In this document: positions 42,999-56,327 of the stretch, one piece after another
Layout of the letters: the number at the start of each line of letters is the position of its first letter
How positions within the stretch are numbered: the stretch's first letter is position 1
Source of the DNA: Eledone cirrhosa
Taxonomy: Eukaryota
Assembly: GCA_964016885.1 (NCBI GenBank)
Contig: OZ024757.1
Coordinates: forward strand, 28,644,001-28,708,000
DNA: 64,000 bases
Reading direction: 5' to 3'
Program-made: the position numbers and the translations under genes
Notes under the pieces: generated by a model
The model's database searches: none
What the model was told of the DNA's origin: nothing
Seen by the model: the letters and a program-made list of their open reading frames with translations, nothing else

Positions 42999-43094
42999 CT
43001 TGTGTGTGTAAAAGGTAAACAGAAATAACAACACAATTGGTACAGTATATGGAAGGAATATATTAGTTTAACACTTGAAATAGCAGGAAGAGGG

Positions 43095-43130
43095 TCTTAA
43101 CGTTTCGGACGCTAGTCCTTCATCAGAAGA
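43095..43130 (-). ncRNA. Minimal type I hammerhead ribozyme motif, intact core (family H1)
   Basis: Minus strand TCTT-CTGATGA-A-GGAC-tagc-GTCC-GAAA-CG-TT^AAGA: 4-bp stem I, 4-bp stem II, palindromic stem III region AACGTT. Lies in a repeat of about 150 bp (43008-43160). Confidence 0.8.
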
Positions 43131-43173
43131 AAGAATGAGAAATTAGAAAGATTGACGGGACAGTATGCATGTA

Positions 43174-43205
<32 letters not shown>

Positions 43206-43269
43206 CATATATATATAATATATATTAATTCAAAATATTAACAAATATAGACATTCGTGTGATCAAGTA

Positions 43270-43336
43270 TATTTTATTATACATATTTCAGAGGTACTGA
43301 GCTATCTTCAACAGTACGTCCTCATCAGATAAAATA
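43270..43336 (-). ncRNA. Type I hammerhead ribozyme motif, intact core (family H2)
   Basis: Minus strand TATTTTAT-CTGATGA-GGACGTACTG-12 nt loop-CAGTACCTCT-GAAA-TATGTA-TA^ATAAAATA: perfect 8-bp stem I; 10-bp stem II with one mismatch and one G.U pair. Confidence 0.75.
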
Positions 43337-43406
43337 AGATGATGCATGACATACCCTGACTTAGTAGATCATTCTTGGATTTATTCATTGGACCTTGTTT
43401 AACCTT

Positions 43407-43483
<77 letters not shown>

Positions 43484-43749
43484 GAAATTTCATTTCTCAC
43501 TCTTAGTACGGCTGATACTTAAATATCTGTATGTATACATACATACATACATACATATATGTATACAGACCTACAGTAATATGTATATACATACATACAT
43601 GCACACATATATATATTTTTTCCATTTATCATTTTCGGTACACCGGCCGACTAACTCACTCGATATGCAAATTAGGCTGCTCAGCTGTTAATATGCATAA
43701 GGAAAGTACATACTTTCAAACATTCAATCATCTGACAGGAAGGTATACA

Positions 43750-43791
43750 GTGCTGCTGACAGCTAATAAGCTAGAAACTAGTTCATCGTTC
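43750..43791 (+). ncRNA. Degenerate hammerhead-like motif
   Basis: GTG-CTGcTGA-cAGCT-aata-AGCTa-GAAA-CTAG-TT-CAT; palindrome AACTAGTT; core A6 mutated. Confidence 0.45.
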
Positions 43792-45424
43792 CTTTGTCAG
43801 TGTTGAACAAAAGGGCAACGATGGTTGCCGAACATTGTATGGCTAATAATTCGGGCTGTTTGTTTACAAACAAACCGAACATTATAATAAATGTTTGGTA
43901 AACCCATACATACATATATATATGTGTGCATGTATGTATGTATATACATACTACTGTACGTCTGTATACATATATGTATGTACGTATACATACTTATATT
44001 TATATATAAAAACATGCATCAATAGAAAGATACATATATATATGAGTATATAGATAGATATAAATATATATCATCATTACTCTTTTTACCTCAACTTTTC
44101 CACAGTAGCATGGGTTGGATGGGACCTTTTGTGGCAATGTTTTACAGCTAGATGACCTTCCTCACACTAACCCATTTAGTCACTTATAGGGATATAGAGT
44201 ACCTATTCTAAACCAAATACCCCTAAGTCACTAAATACACCCCATACTTTTTTCTCCACTATGACTGACAGAATGACCGACAGAATACAAACCGGCCATA
44301 ACTGGTTTCACATACTTATGTTATGGTATTGTTCTGAAAATAAATGATATTAAAATCTCATAGATTCAATGCTATGTGAAATAAAGTGTTTACCGCGAAA
44401 TACAATGGTAAATAAAGAGTAATGTAAATGTTAAAAGTTTAAAGAAACTGTAAGATGAAATATGTCGCTTCAAGTATATATCATTTACATGTCACAAATG
44501 TAGTTTTCCTATTTCATACCCTGATAGATGTATTACAAAATATACTCATTCTCAAATACTTATAGTTGCAGAAAACTAGCATGTGTGTGTGTGTGGCAGA
44601 AAAAAAGTCAAATTCTTCATTTGTTTTATCTAAGACTGTTTCAGTCCACCATTTGAAAAGAGAGTATTATCCCTGAAATATATTGGCATAGTACACTGGG
44701 TAAAACATAACTTTACTTTGTTTTGTTTACCATCATTTGCCCTTCGTATTTTCTACTGCATTGTACAGGCTTTAACAAAAAATTGCCAGTCATATATATA
44801 TATTTATATAATAGGTATAAATCAAAGATGTAGCTGCCACAGAGTATGTACTATCATGCCCTTTTTCTCCTCCTCTTTCAAAAGACTCCACTTAGATATT
44901 GCTTCTACTATCATGAATAGATTTCACCGTGAATGAGATGAAAATTCATCATTACATTTATGGCATGCTTCTTATCAGCTAATAGTGGTTATAATGTTAC
45001 TGTAGTAAAACTAGAATAAAAATGTAATGGCATTTTAGTGGTTACTGTAGTAAAACTGTAGTGTTAAATGTAGTGCTACTGTAGAGGTTATGGTAGTGTT
45101 ACATATAGTGGTACTCTAGTGTTTAATGTAGTGTTACATATAGTGATATTGAAGTGTTTACTCTAGTGTTAAGTTATATTTGCTGAAGCTAGAAGGCCAT
45201 GTGGCTACATGCACAGAAATTCATATTTATTATTATAGATATACATATATATAGAGAGAGATGTGTACATGTATGTGTTTATGTATACATGGATATGAGT
45301 GTATAAGTGAGTGTGTCTATGTACACGCACACACACATATATATATATGACTTTATACATGTACATGTAAGTGTATATATATATGTAAGTGTATATATAT
45401 ATGTACATGTATATACATGTACAC

Positions 45425-45695
45425 AACATCCAGGCTGAAACAAATGAGGTCGTGTAGGTGTCACGACAAAAAAAAACACACAGTCCACGCTGTAATGTGG
45501 CTGTGTAGGTAACACGGTAAAAACCTCCCAGTTCCACACTGTAATGTGGTTGGTGTTAGGAAGGGCATCCAGCCGTAGAAAACCCGCCAAACAGTCCTAT
45601 GCGAGCAAGACAACCAATCTTGCCTCAAGTGGGAAAATTCCCGTCCAAACCCATGCAAGCGTGGAATATGGACGTTAAACGATGATGATGATGAT
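45425..45695 (+). mobile_element. Headless SINE 3' part with RTE-type tail
   Basis: Inverted homologue of 14284-14565. Confidence 0.75.
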
Positions 45696-45813
45696 ATATA
45701 TATATATGTACATGTATATATATATATATATATGTGTATATATATATGTATATGTGTACATGTATATATATATACATGTGTACATGTATATATACATGTG
45801 TACATGTATATAT

Positions 45814-45867
<54 letters not shown>

Positions 45868-45916
45868 GTACACGTATATATATATAATATATATATATGT
45901 ACATGTATATATATAT

Positions 45917-45955
<39 letters not shown>

Positions 45956-46007
45956 CATGTATATATATATATATATGTACATGTATATATATATATATAT
46001 ATATATG

Positions 46008-46069
<62 letters not shown>

Positions 46070-46725
46070 TTTATATATATATATATATATATATGACTTT
46101 ATACATGCACATGTATGTATGTGTATATATATATATATATTCAGTGTTCAATAAGTGTCACCATCCCCAGTTATTGAGGAACACAGTTGAGCTGCCAGGG
46201 CTTGTCAACTTCAATACAACAATATCAGAAAGCAATAAACACTAAACAGCTACTAATTTACACACAATTCTCTCTCTCATACACTTGTGTGTGTGTATAT
46301 GCACATAACTCTATCTATCTCATTATCAATATGTATACACTGACACATTCAAACAAGGGTATGCATGTATACATATATCCATGTAACACTTAATAATAAC
46401 TGTTATACAAGCATATACACACGACACATCTCTCTCTCTTTCTATATATATATATATATACCCCACATATATAAATATATAGACTACTTCATGCTCTGTT
46501 GCACAAATTAAGCTTCATTTCATCAGCTAATCATTTCCTTCCTCACCAAGTCATCTTTTGTGATGTCTTTATGTTTGTTTTGTTTTTCTTTCTCATCAAA
46601 CTGAGTATACCTCTATGAACATATATACACACACACACACACTTACATGTGTGTGTGTGTATATTGATGGATACACATATCTACATATATAAGTAGGTAT
46701 CTATCTATCTCTCTATATATATATA

Positions 46726-47412
46726 GACCAGAAACAGAAGGTGTTCAAGATTGCGAGGCAGTGTGTCAGAGAAATGTGGTGTCATTGGAGAGAAGTGTAT
46801 CTGGAATGATAAAGGTGAGCTTGCCCTCACAAGTGCTGAGAAGAATGAATGGGAAGAAGAGACCCTACGCCAAGTAAGCCTATAGAGGGGCCGGCAGTAC
46901 AAGTCAGCAGCAGCGTAGTAAGTAAGGCAATCAAAGATATGAAGATGGGGAAGGTAAGCAGTCCATCGGGTATAGCTGCCGAGATGCTGAAGGCATCTGG
47001 GTCGGTAGTCACACTATAACCACACGTATTGTTAACCAGGTAATACTAGAAGGTGTCATACTAAAGGATTGGTGCAGTAGCATCATTGTCAACTGCTACA
47101 AAGGTAAAGGTGATGCACTAGATAGAGGAAACTATAGAGGTATAAAGCTGATAGACCAGGTCATGAAAGTAACAGAAAGAGTTATAGCACAGTTGATTAG
47201 GGACCGGGTGAAACTAGATGAGATGCAATTTGGGTTTGCGCCAGGAAGAGGCATCACTGATGCCTTCTTCCTTGTGAGGCAGTTACAGGAAAAGTACCTA
47301 GCTAAAAGTAAGCCACTCTACCTGGCATCGTCGATCTTGAGAAAGCCTTTGACAGAGTTCCCTGTGCTATAATCTGGTGGAAGAATGGACATAAAATGAT
47401 GATGATGATGAT
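46726..47412 (+). pseudogene. RTE-clade LINE fragment (N-terminal half of RT) joined directly to the 3' tail
   Basis: KAIKDMKMGK..PSGIAAEMLKA, DWCSSIIVNCYKGKGDALDRGNYRGIKL, QFGFAPGRGITDA..VRQLQEKY, DLEKAFDRVP, then AAGAATGGACATAAAA(TGA)n. Confidence 0.88.
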
Positions 47413-47439
47413 ATATATAAATGTAGGGATTGTAACACC

Positions 47440-47680
47440 CAGTTACTGTAGGTTCACCAGAGGGAGCACTCGATGCATAGTTTGCAGTATTTATATTGGT
47501 GTAGTACTAAGCAGAGTGGAATGCTAATCAGAAAAGTCTATCACCCTAACAGAAGTCCGACGAGCTTTTGATTCCAGAGCTGGGCCAGATCGAACCTTGA
47601 GCTGATCAATCGGAAAGACGCATGTTGCTACTCAATAAACGTAATGAAGACCTAACAAATCATCCTTTTTATTATTAGTA
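47440..47680 (+). mobile_element. Second family H3 Penelope-like terminus with variant hammerhead core CCGACGA
   Basis: Shares GTTACTGTAGGTTCACC..GAGCACTC and GATCGAACCTTGAGCTGATCAA..TCAATAAA..TAACAAATC with the 36775 copy; AGT-CCGACGA-GCTTTTGAT...ATCAATCG-GAAA at 47554-47629. Confidence 0.55.
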
Positions 47681-48175
47681 TATATCTGTGTATATATATA
47701 TATGGTATATATCTATATATATATTAGTATATATCTATATATATATATATATGGTAACGCCATATTTCAACAGATCATAAACTGCAGGCTCTGCTTAGCT
47801 GAAGAGATCCAGGCATTAAAACAGACAACAATATTACTCAACTGGCAATGAGTGGTATTATAGCTCAGTGAATGAGTGAAGTATTTGTGTGAGTGTGTGT
47901 GTGAGTGTGTGTGTCAGAGAGAGGGGGGGGGGACAGGCAGACAGACACAATGATTGACACAAAGAGAGAGAGAGAGAGAGAGGGGGAGAGAGAGAAACAA
48001 TGATATGCTGCGGACAGTGTGAATAAAGCCAGTGATGATGTTGTGAAGAGAAATGGAATGAGATGTTTCAGGGACGATGAAAGTGATTGGGTGAGAAGAG
48101 CGATGAAAATTAACGTGCAATGAAATAGAGAAAGAAGCATACCAAGAAAGACATGTCTAAATATTTTTAACTCTA

Positions 48176-48212
48176 TCTTCTGATGAAGGACTAGTGTCTG
48201 AAACGTTATGAC
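48176..48212 (+). ncRNA. Minimal type I hammerhead motif (family H1, diverged)
   Basis: TCTT-CTGATGA-A-GGAC-tagt-GTCT-GAAA-CG-TT-ATGA; core intact, one stem I mismatch; downstream flank homologous to the 8713-8790 region. Confidence 0.65.
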
Positions 48213-48818
48213 TCCCTTCCAGCCATTTCCAGTGTTAAAATAATATACCATGTACTTTGCTGTTTATTTTCTTATATATATATATATACATATATACACA
48301 TATACATTCACACACACATATATATATGAAGATGCACAATACACAAACAACATTGATAGCAAAAGATACAAAGAGAAAGTAATACCAAGCAATAAAAAGA
48401 GAAAGGTAGAGAGAGTGAGAGAGAGAAAGAGAGAATATATGAGTTTGAAATGGAAAGAGACAGAAAAAAATCGTCCCCATATAAATATATTTATGTGTCT
48501 ATGTGTGATCTATGAATATGTGTATATGTATGTACAACTGTGAATATATATGTATCTATGTGTATGTATGCATGTCTGTGAATATATATGTATCTATGTA
48601 TATGTATGTACATCTGTAAATATATATGTATCTATGTGTATGTATGCATGTCTGTGAATATATATATGTATATATGTGTATATATGCATATCTGTGAATA
48701 TACATCTATATATGTGTATGTATGCATATGTATATATGTTTACATGCATATATATATATATGCGAATATACATCTATATATGTATATGTATGCATATGTA
48801 TATATGTTTACATGCATA

Positions 48819-48865
<47 letters not shown>

Positions 48866-49015
48866 TTCTGCAGAGGGAAATAATTACTTTCTTTCAGGAA
48901 ATCTGCAAAGTACCAGAAGATATATATATATATAGCTATATATTGTGCTAACGGATGGCTATTTTTTCATATATGTACATCTGTGTGTGTTTCTCTCTAC
49001 CTCTGTGTATATGTG

Positions 49016-49048
<33 letters not shown>

Positions 49049-50688
49049 CTGACAGTGTGTATTATTTTCTATATCTGCTTTCTCTGTGTCTCCTATGAAT
49101 TTGTCTCAGAAATTTCTCATTGAATTATTCAATTATTATTATTATTTAATCATTTCATTCATTTCCCTTTTGAAATAATTTTATTTTGCCCCCACTTTTT
49201 CCACTCACCATCTTTGCTCACCAGAGTTCTTTGCATAAAGGCTTCCTGTGGAGCCATTACACAGAGTATAATAGTCTTAACAAGGGCACAGCACAACTTT
49301 TCTTTTGTAAAACTGCTGCTACAGCCATACAGAAATGCATACTTATTAAACAACATTTTCTTCAAACTCTTTCTCTCTTTTTGTTCTTTTTCCTGTCTTT
49401 CTAATTTGTCTTCTTTGGTTTTGGTTTTTGTGTGGCTGCTTTAAGTCTTTTGTTTCACGTTGTCTTTTCTCGTTTTCTTCTTCTTACGTTGTCTTCTTTC
49501 AGTATTTTTCTTCTTCTTCTGCTCCACCTCTTCCTCCTCACCCTGTTTATAGTTTGTGTCATTTATTCAAGTGTTCCATGATTCTAGTTGTGTGGCTGTT
49601 CGTTTAGTGCAGGTAAGCAATAATAATAATGACAACGATGATGATGATGTTGATATGACGATGATGAGATGATGATGAAGATGTTGGGGTGATGATGATG
49701 ATGGTGATGATCATAAAAATGTTGATGATGATGATGACAACAACCATGTTAACAGTGAATAGAAATTTATATATACAATCATGACCACCACCACCACCAC
49801 CACCACCATGACCATGACCATCACCACCACCATCACCACAATCATCCTCAACATCATCATCACCACCATCATTATCACAACCTCTATTATCATCATTATC
49901 GTTATCATTACCATAACTATCATCACCACAACCAACACAGCCACCATATCCTCCTCCTCAACATTATCATCATCACCATCATCCTCTATCATCATCATTC
50001 TCATAGCCATTATCACCACCACCACTGAGGGTGATATAATGATGACTGATTAATTGAAAACTGAATAACAGGCAATTAGACAGCATGTCATCAAGCTTTT
50101 GTATCTAGAACACCCCACCACCACCAGAGAGAGAGAGAGAGAGAGAGAGAACCAATCCCAGTACTGGAATGGAACTTTATTCATCGACTTTTAAATAATG
50201 AAAAAACCAAAGTTGACTTTGACTTGGTTAGAACTGTGAACAGAGTGAGCTAAATCAAATACTGAGAAATTTTTAACCTGACATTCTAATAACTGCAAAA
50301 AGCACCCAGCACACATTGTCAATGTAGTTGACATTAGGAAGGTCATCCAGCCAGAAACACCCCTATATGAGCAAGACACGGTCACCCGACCCAACTTGCC
50401 TCTAAATGGGACCCGTCTAACCAATGCTAGCATGGAAGATAGACGTTAATCGATGATGATGATATATATCCATATATGTCACAGGTGTGTGACGAAAGAA
50501 CTCTGAGAAACTATATTTATATCTATATTTTTAACTGTTGGTCAATCAATGATAAACATTGATTGCCAGCTGAATTAATTATAGAAATATAAAATATACT
50601 AAAGTGAAAACCAACCAAAACCTAACAGTGAGTGTGTTTTACTATATATTTCTGGCAATATTATAACAACATGACCCTCCCCAAATAT

Positions 50689-50729
<41 letters not shown>

Positions 50730-51876
50730 CCTTGTTTAATGTCCATTTTCCACACTAGCATATATATCATCATCATCATTTTACGTCCGCTCTTCCCTGA
50801 TATATTAAATAATAATCATAAACACAAAAATATTTGACAAAGTTCTTCTACTTTGACTCTAAGTAAGACATTTTGGTAATTCTGTATACCAGAGGAATAT
50901 TCTTCCAATTTGCCATCATGGATCAACTGACATTTCCAATCCTGGATTGAATTGGAAGAATTTGATGAAGAATCTGACCAAACTATCTCAGTTTTATTAA
51001 CCTATAGACCTTAGCGCCAAACTAAAACATGACATCAACAAGAGAGAAAGAAAGAGAGACAGTGTGTGTGTGTGTGTATGAACGTTGATATATATCTAAG
51101 TAAAAACACACACATATATGTTTATGTACATCAACAGTTATATATATAAATATATTATATATAATACATACATATCATATATATAGAGAGAGACAGAGAG
51201 AGATTGAATTTTGATTGGTTGATTCAAGTGTATACAATTTACCTATCTATCTGTCTATCTCTATATGGGTATATGTATCTATGTGTATATAAGTGCTTAT
51301 GCATGCATAAGTGTGTGTGTGTGTGTACGTGTACGAGAGCTTGAGTGTGTGTACATCTGTGTGTTGTGCTGCATGTGTGTGTGAAAGGGAGAGAGGGGGA
51401 GAGGGGGGAGGGTGGGGGCGGAGAGGGGGGGCGGGGGCGGAGGGGGGGGGGTGAGAGAGGGGAGAGAGAATGTGGGGGAGAGAGTGGTGAGAGAGGGGAG
51501 AGAGAATGTGGGGGAGAGAGTGGTGAGAGGGTGGGGAGGGAGGGTGAGAGAGAGAGAGAGGGTATGAGGGTGTGAAAGAGAGGGGGGCGTGAGGGAGGAT
51601 GTGAGAGATCGGCATTGATCATGGACATTGTCCTTAAGTAATGGATGAGTTTCTGTGTCCGTGACAAGCTGAAGACATCTCAGAGAAAACATTCTAATAA
51701 TGGACTAATTATTAGAGAGCAATTTACCAATTCTCAAAGCCTGACATTGCTGTTTCATGTTAAAATACCCTCAAAAATGCTTCCTACAGCCTCACATCAT
51801 CTCAAGTACTACAACTAACCTTCTACTGAATATGATTCCTTTTTCAAAGGGAATTTTTGTATGCATATATATATAT

Positions 51877-51970
51877 GAAAAGATTCAGGGCCCCAACAGC
51901 TGAGCTACAGCGGTCAGGGTCCTGAATTTGTTCATATTACCCACTCTACTACCCGAAGTATCGAGTACTC
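51877..51970. repeat. Family D repeat, short degenerate copy
   Basis: GATTCAGGGCCC...GGGTCCTGAATT hairpin followed by TTACCCACTCTACTACCCGAAGTATCGAGTACTC. Confidence 0.6.
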
Positions 51971-52541
51971 TAAAAGTACTATAAAAAACATGAGAAGAAA
52001 GAAGAATACTGCGTGGTTTGCACATGGGTTACATATGATAAAAATAGTCCTTCGTCAGTGATTTACCAACCATCATTGGTATTTCATCGCATTAAATATA
52101 TATATACACAAAGATACACACACAAAATACAATACACACATACAGTAAACAAGACAATGCATTCAATACAGACGTTTTCTCTTCTGCCGGTCTTCTCTAT
52201 TATTTGTTAACCTTGGTGAAGCTAGGTACCTCAGCTAGTATATATATATATATCATCACCGTTTAATGCCCATTTCTCCATGCTTGCATGGGTCAGATGG
52301 ATCGTCTGCATTAAGAGTCAAGTCTGGCCAAGATTGGCCACACCGTACCTTGCTCAGACAGGACTGTAAATTTGGCAGGGGATTCTACAGCGAGATGCCC
52401 TTCACAATACCATTTACATTTACGGCGAAACTGCAGTCAGGACTTTCAAGAAAAAAATAAGTATATTTCTGTCTACCATTTCCTCATATTTTGTAATACA
52501 AATATATATATACGTATATTATGGTCAGGTCCAATATGATT

Positions 52542-52574
<33 letters not shown>

Positions 52575-52764
52575 GTATGAAATGGATGTTAAACAGTGAT
52601 GATGATGATGATCATCATCATGATCATCATATCTTGTGTTAATTGTGTATTTTATAATTTTTCTATTCTGATTAATCTGCCAATTGTATAAGATCCTTGT
52701 CCCTACCCTCATTTTTATATAACTTTATCTTGTCCAGCTCCCTATTAATCCTAACCCCTATGTT

Positions 52765-53212
52765 AATAGTTGTTTCTACTTTTGGCACAAGGCCAGCAAT
52801 TACCCCAGTGCATTATCGACGCTCTATCGATTCTGCCACTCCATCCATAACTACTTCTACTATAGGCACAAGGCCAACAATTTTGGGGAGGGAAAAGTCA
52901 AGTAAATCAAACCCCAGTGTGTTACTGGTACTTTATTTTATCGACCCCGTAAGGATGAAGGGCAAAGTTAACCTCGGTGGAATTTGAACTCAGATCATAA
53001 AGGGCTGTAACTCTATGCTGCAAAGCATGTTGGCTGACACTCTACCGATTCTGCCAATCCACTGTCCTATGTTTATAATGTTTAGCACTTGTGACTAATA
53101 AAGACATTGTTATTATTAACTTTGCTTTTCATCCTTACGGGGTCGATAAAATAAAGTACCAGTAATGCACTTGGTAATTTGCTGGCCTTGTGTCAATAGT
53201 AGAAACAAATAT
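52765..53212. mobile_element. Family A SINE cluster
   Basis: Minus copies at 52765-53062, plus fragment at 53117-53212. Confidence 0.75.
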
Positions 53213-53667
53213 TTGCTCCTTTCAGTCAGCTTCCCTGGAGTTGATATATTCACTTGTTGACAATGTTGTTGTTGGTGTTGCAATGAGATGTTTGATGCAG
53301 GACGAAGGTGTGTGTGTGTGTTTGTGTATGCAAATGTGTGCATATGTCTGTGTATGTACACACACACACACACAGGCATATGCATATATATATATACACA
53401 ATTGCATTGTTTTCATTATATATGCACACAACTAATGTGTGGTTGTGTAGTTACATATGTATAGCTGGCCTTATATATATATGCATACATACATATGTGT
53501 GTGAGCATTGTACAACCATATATGCAAGCATGTGTACACACACACACACATATATATGTATACATACACATATATATGTATACACACATATACATATGTA
53601 CACACACACACTCATATATATATACATACATATGTACACACATACACACACATATATATATATATAT

Positions 53668-54262
<595 letters not shown>

Positions 54263-54571
54263 AAACATATATATGTATATACACACACAGAAGCACACAC
54301 ACGGATACAAGAAAAGAAAAAAAAAGACCAGCTTCAGACATGACCAAAGACCAAATTCCGGTCAAATCAGAGATTTCCTGTTGAGACCTGACAAACCACT
54401 AAAAGAGTTGACCTTTACCAAACAGTTTGGCACCTTGGCTTCTATTGAAGATGGCTTTCTTCTGTACAGCCAGTTATTGGACTTAACATGGTTGAGTGAG
54501 GGTTGTCTGTTATAGATGGAGACATGACAGGCACACACACACAGATAGACTGACAGATGGAGAGTGAGATT

Positions 54572-55409
54572 TAGATAGATATACAGGTATAGACTGATAT
54601 AGAGAGACATAGATAGGTAGGTAGATAGATATAGAGGTATAGACTGATATAGAGAGACATAGATAGGTAGATAGATATACAGGTATAGACTGATATAGAG
54701 AGACATAGATAGGTAGGTAGATAGATATACAGGTATAGACTGATATAGAGAGATATAGAGAGACATAGATAGGTAGATAGATAGATATACAGGTAAAGAC
54801 TGATATAGACAGACATAGATAGATATACAGGTATAGACAGACTGACAGAGAGAGACATAGATAGGTAGATAGATATACAGGTATAGACTGATATAGACAG
54901 ACATAGATAGATATACAGGTATAGACTGATCTAGAGAGACATAGATAGGTAGATAGATATACAGGTATAGACTGATATAGAGAGACATAGATAGGTAGAT
55001 ATACAGGTATAGACTGATATAGAGAGACATAGATAGGTAGATATACAGGTATAGACTGATATAGAGAGACATAGATAGGTAGATAGATAGATATACAGGT
55101 ATAGACTGATATAGAGAGACATAGATAGGTAGATAGATAGATATACAGGTAAAGACTGATATAGAGATACATAGATAGGTAGATATACAGGTATAGACTG
55201 ATATAGAGAGACATAGGTAGGTAGATAGATAGATATACAGGTATAGACTGATATAGAGAGACATAGATAGGTAGATATACAGGTATAGACTGATATAGAG
55301 AGACATAGATAGGTAGATAGATATACAGGTATAGACTGATATAGAGAGACATAGATAGGTAGATAGATAGATATACAGGTATAGACTGATATAGAGAGAC
55401 ATAGATAGA
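54572..55409. repeat. (TAGA)n-derived minisatellite, unit about 42-50 bp; resumes at 56070-56325
   Basis: GATATACAGGTATAGACTGATATAGAGAGACATAGATAGGTA units. Confidence 0.9.
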
Positions 55410-56015
55410 TTTCTTTATTTACCATAAAGGCATAAAAAGAAGGGACAAATACAAAGGGGGAGTTTACATATAATCGAGTAAAAAGGGTGTAACATGAAAA
55501 TAATCGAAAATAACCTCAAAAGGGAGGGGACGTGATGGGGGTTGCACACACCCCCGAAAAAGTGTGCAATCCTTTGCCCGGGGAGCACATGGAGAAGGTG
55601 CTCCCCTCTCCTTTACTTCTTTACCTACAGGATGGTATACAGAGAAGGCCCATTTACACGAGCCATTCTCGCCACTATCACCCACCTTTCATAAAACTGC
55701 CTGTGGCCAAGCACCTCTCTCTCCATTCTTATCCTTCTTCCGAAGTGATATCGGAAGAAGTAGACCAGACTATGGCCAGAGAGGAAGTTGCCTGACCTCA
55801 GACCTTTCAATCGTGTCCACCAAACAACCTCTTTCAACATGGCTATTACGCACAGAAAAACCGCCTTTGCTTCCTTTGTGAAGAGGGGAGGCGGTTTGAT
55901 TGTCATCACGGACTCGGCTGTCAATTTAATCGGCGCCACCCGCGACAGCAGTTGTTCGGCGTAGCCCCACAGATCAGCCACGCCCGGACATTGCACCAAT
56001 GCGTGCGCGACGGTT
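55410..56015 (-). mobile_element. 5'-truncated L1/Tx1-clade LINE (diverged subfamily)
   Basis: TVAHALVQC...AVFLCVIAMLKEVVWWTRLKGL...FYERWVIVARMARVNG; 3' AATAAAGAAA followed by (TCTA)n. Confidence 0.85.
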
Positions 56016-56016
56016 G

Positions 56017-56083
<67 letters not shown>

Positions 56084-56327
56084 GATAGGTAGATAGATAG
56101 ATATACAGGTATAGACTGATATAGAGACATGTATAGACTGATATAGAGAGACATAGATAGGTAGATATACAGGTATAGACTGATATAGATAGACATAGAT
56201 AGGTAGATATACAGGTATAGACTGACTGACAGAGAGAGACATAGATAGGTAGATAGATATACAGGTGTAGTCAGACTGACAGGAACAGCCATAGATAGGT
56301 AGATAGACAGACAGATAGATAGATATG

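Noticed and set aside
52000-52062. Minus-strand CTGACGAAGGACTA resembling the H1 hammerhead start
   Set aside because: No matching stem II 3' strand and no GAAA downstream.
54335-54420. Clusters of TGACC/GGTCA half-sites (also 4360-4490) as nuclear-receptor elements
   Set aside because: Short motifs without consistent spacing; cannot be distinguished from chance without conservation data.
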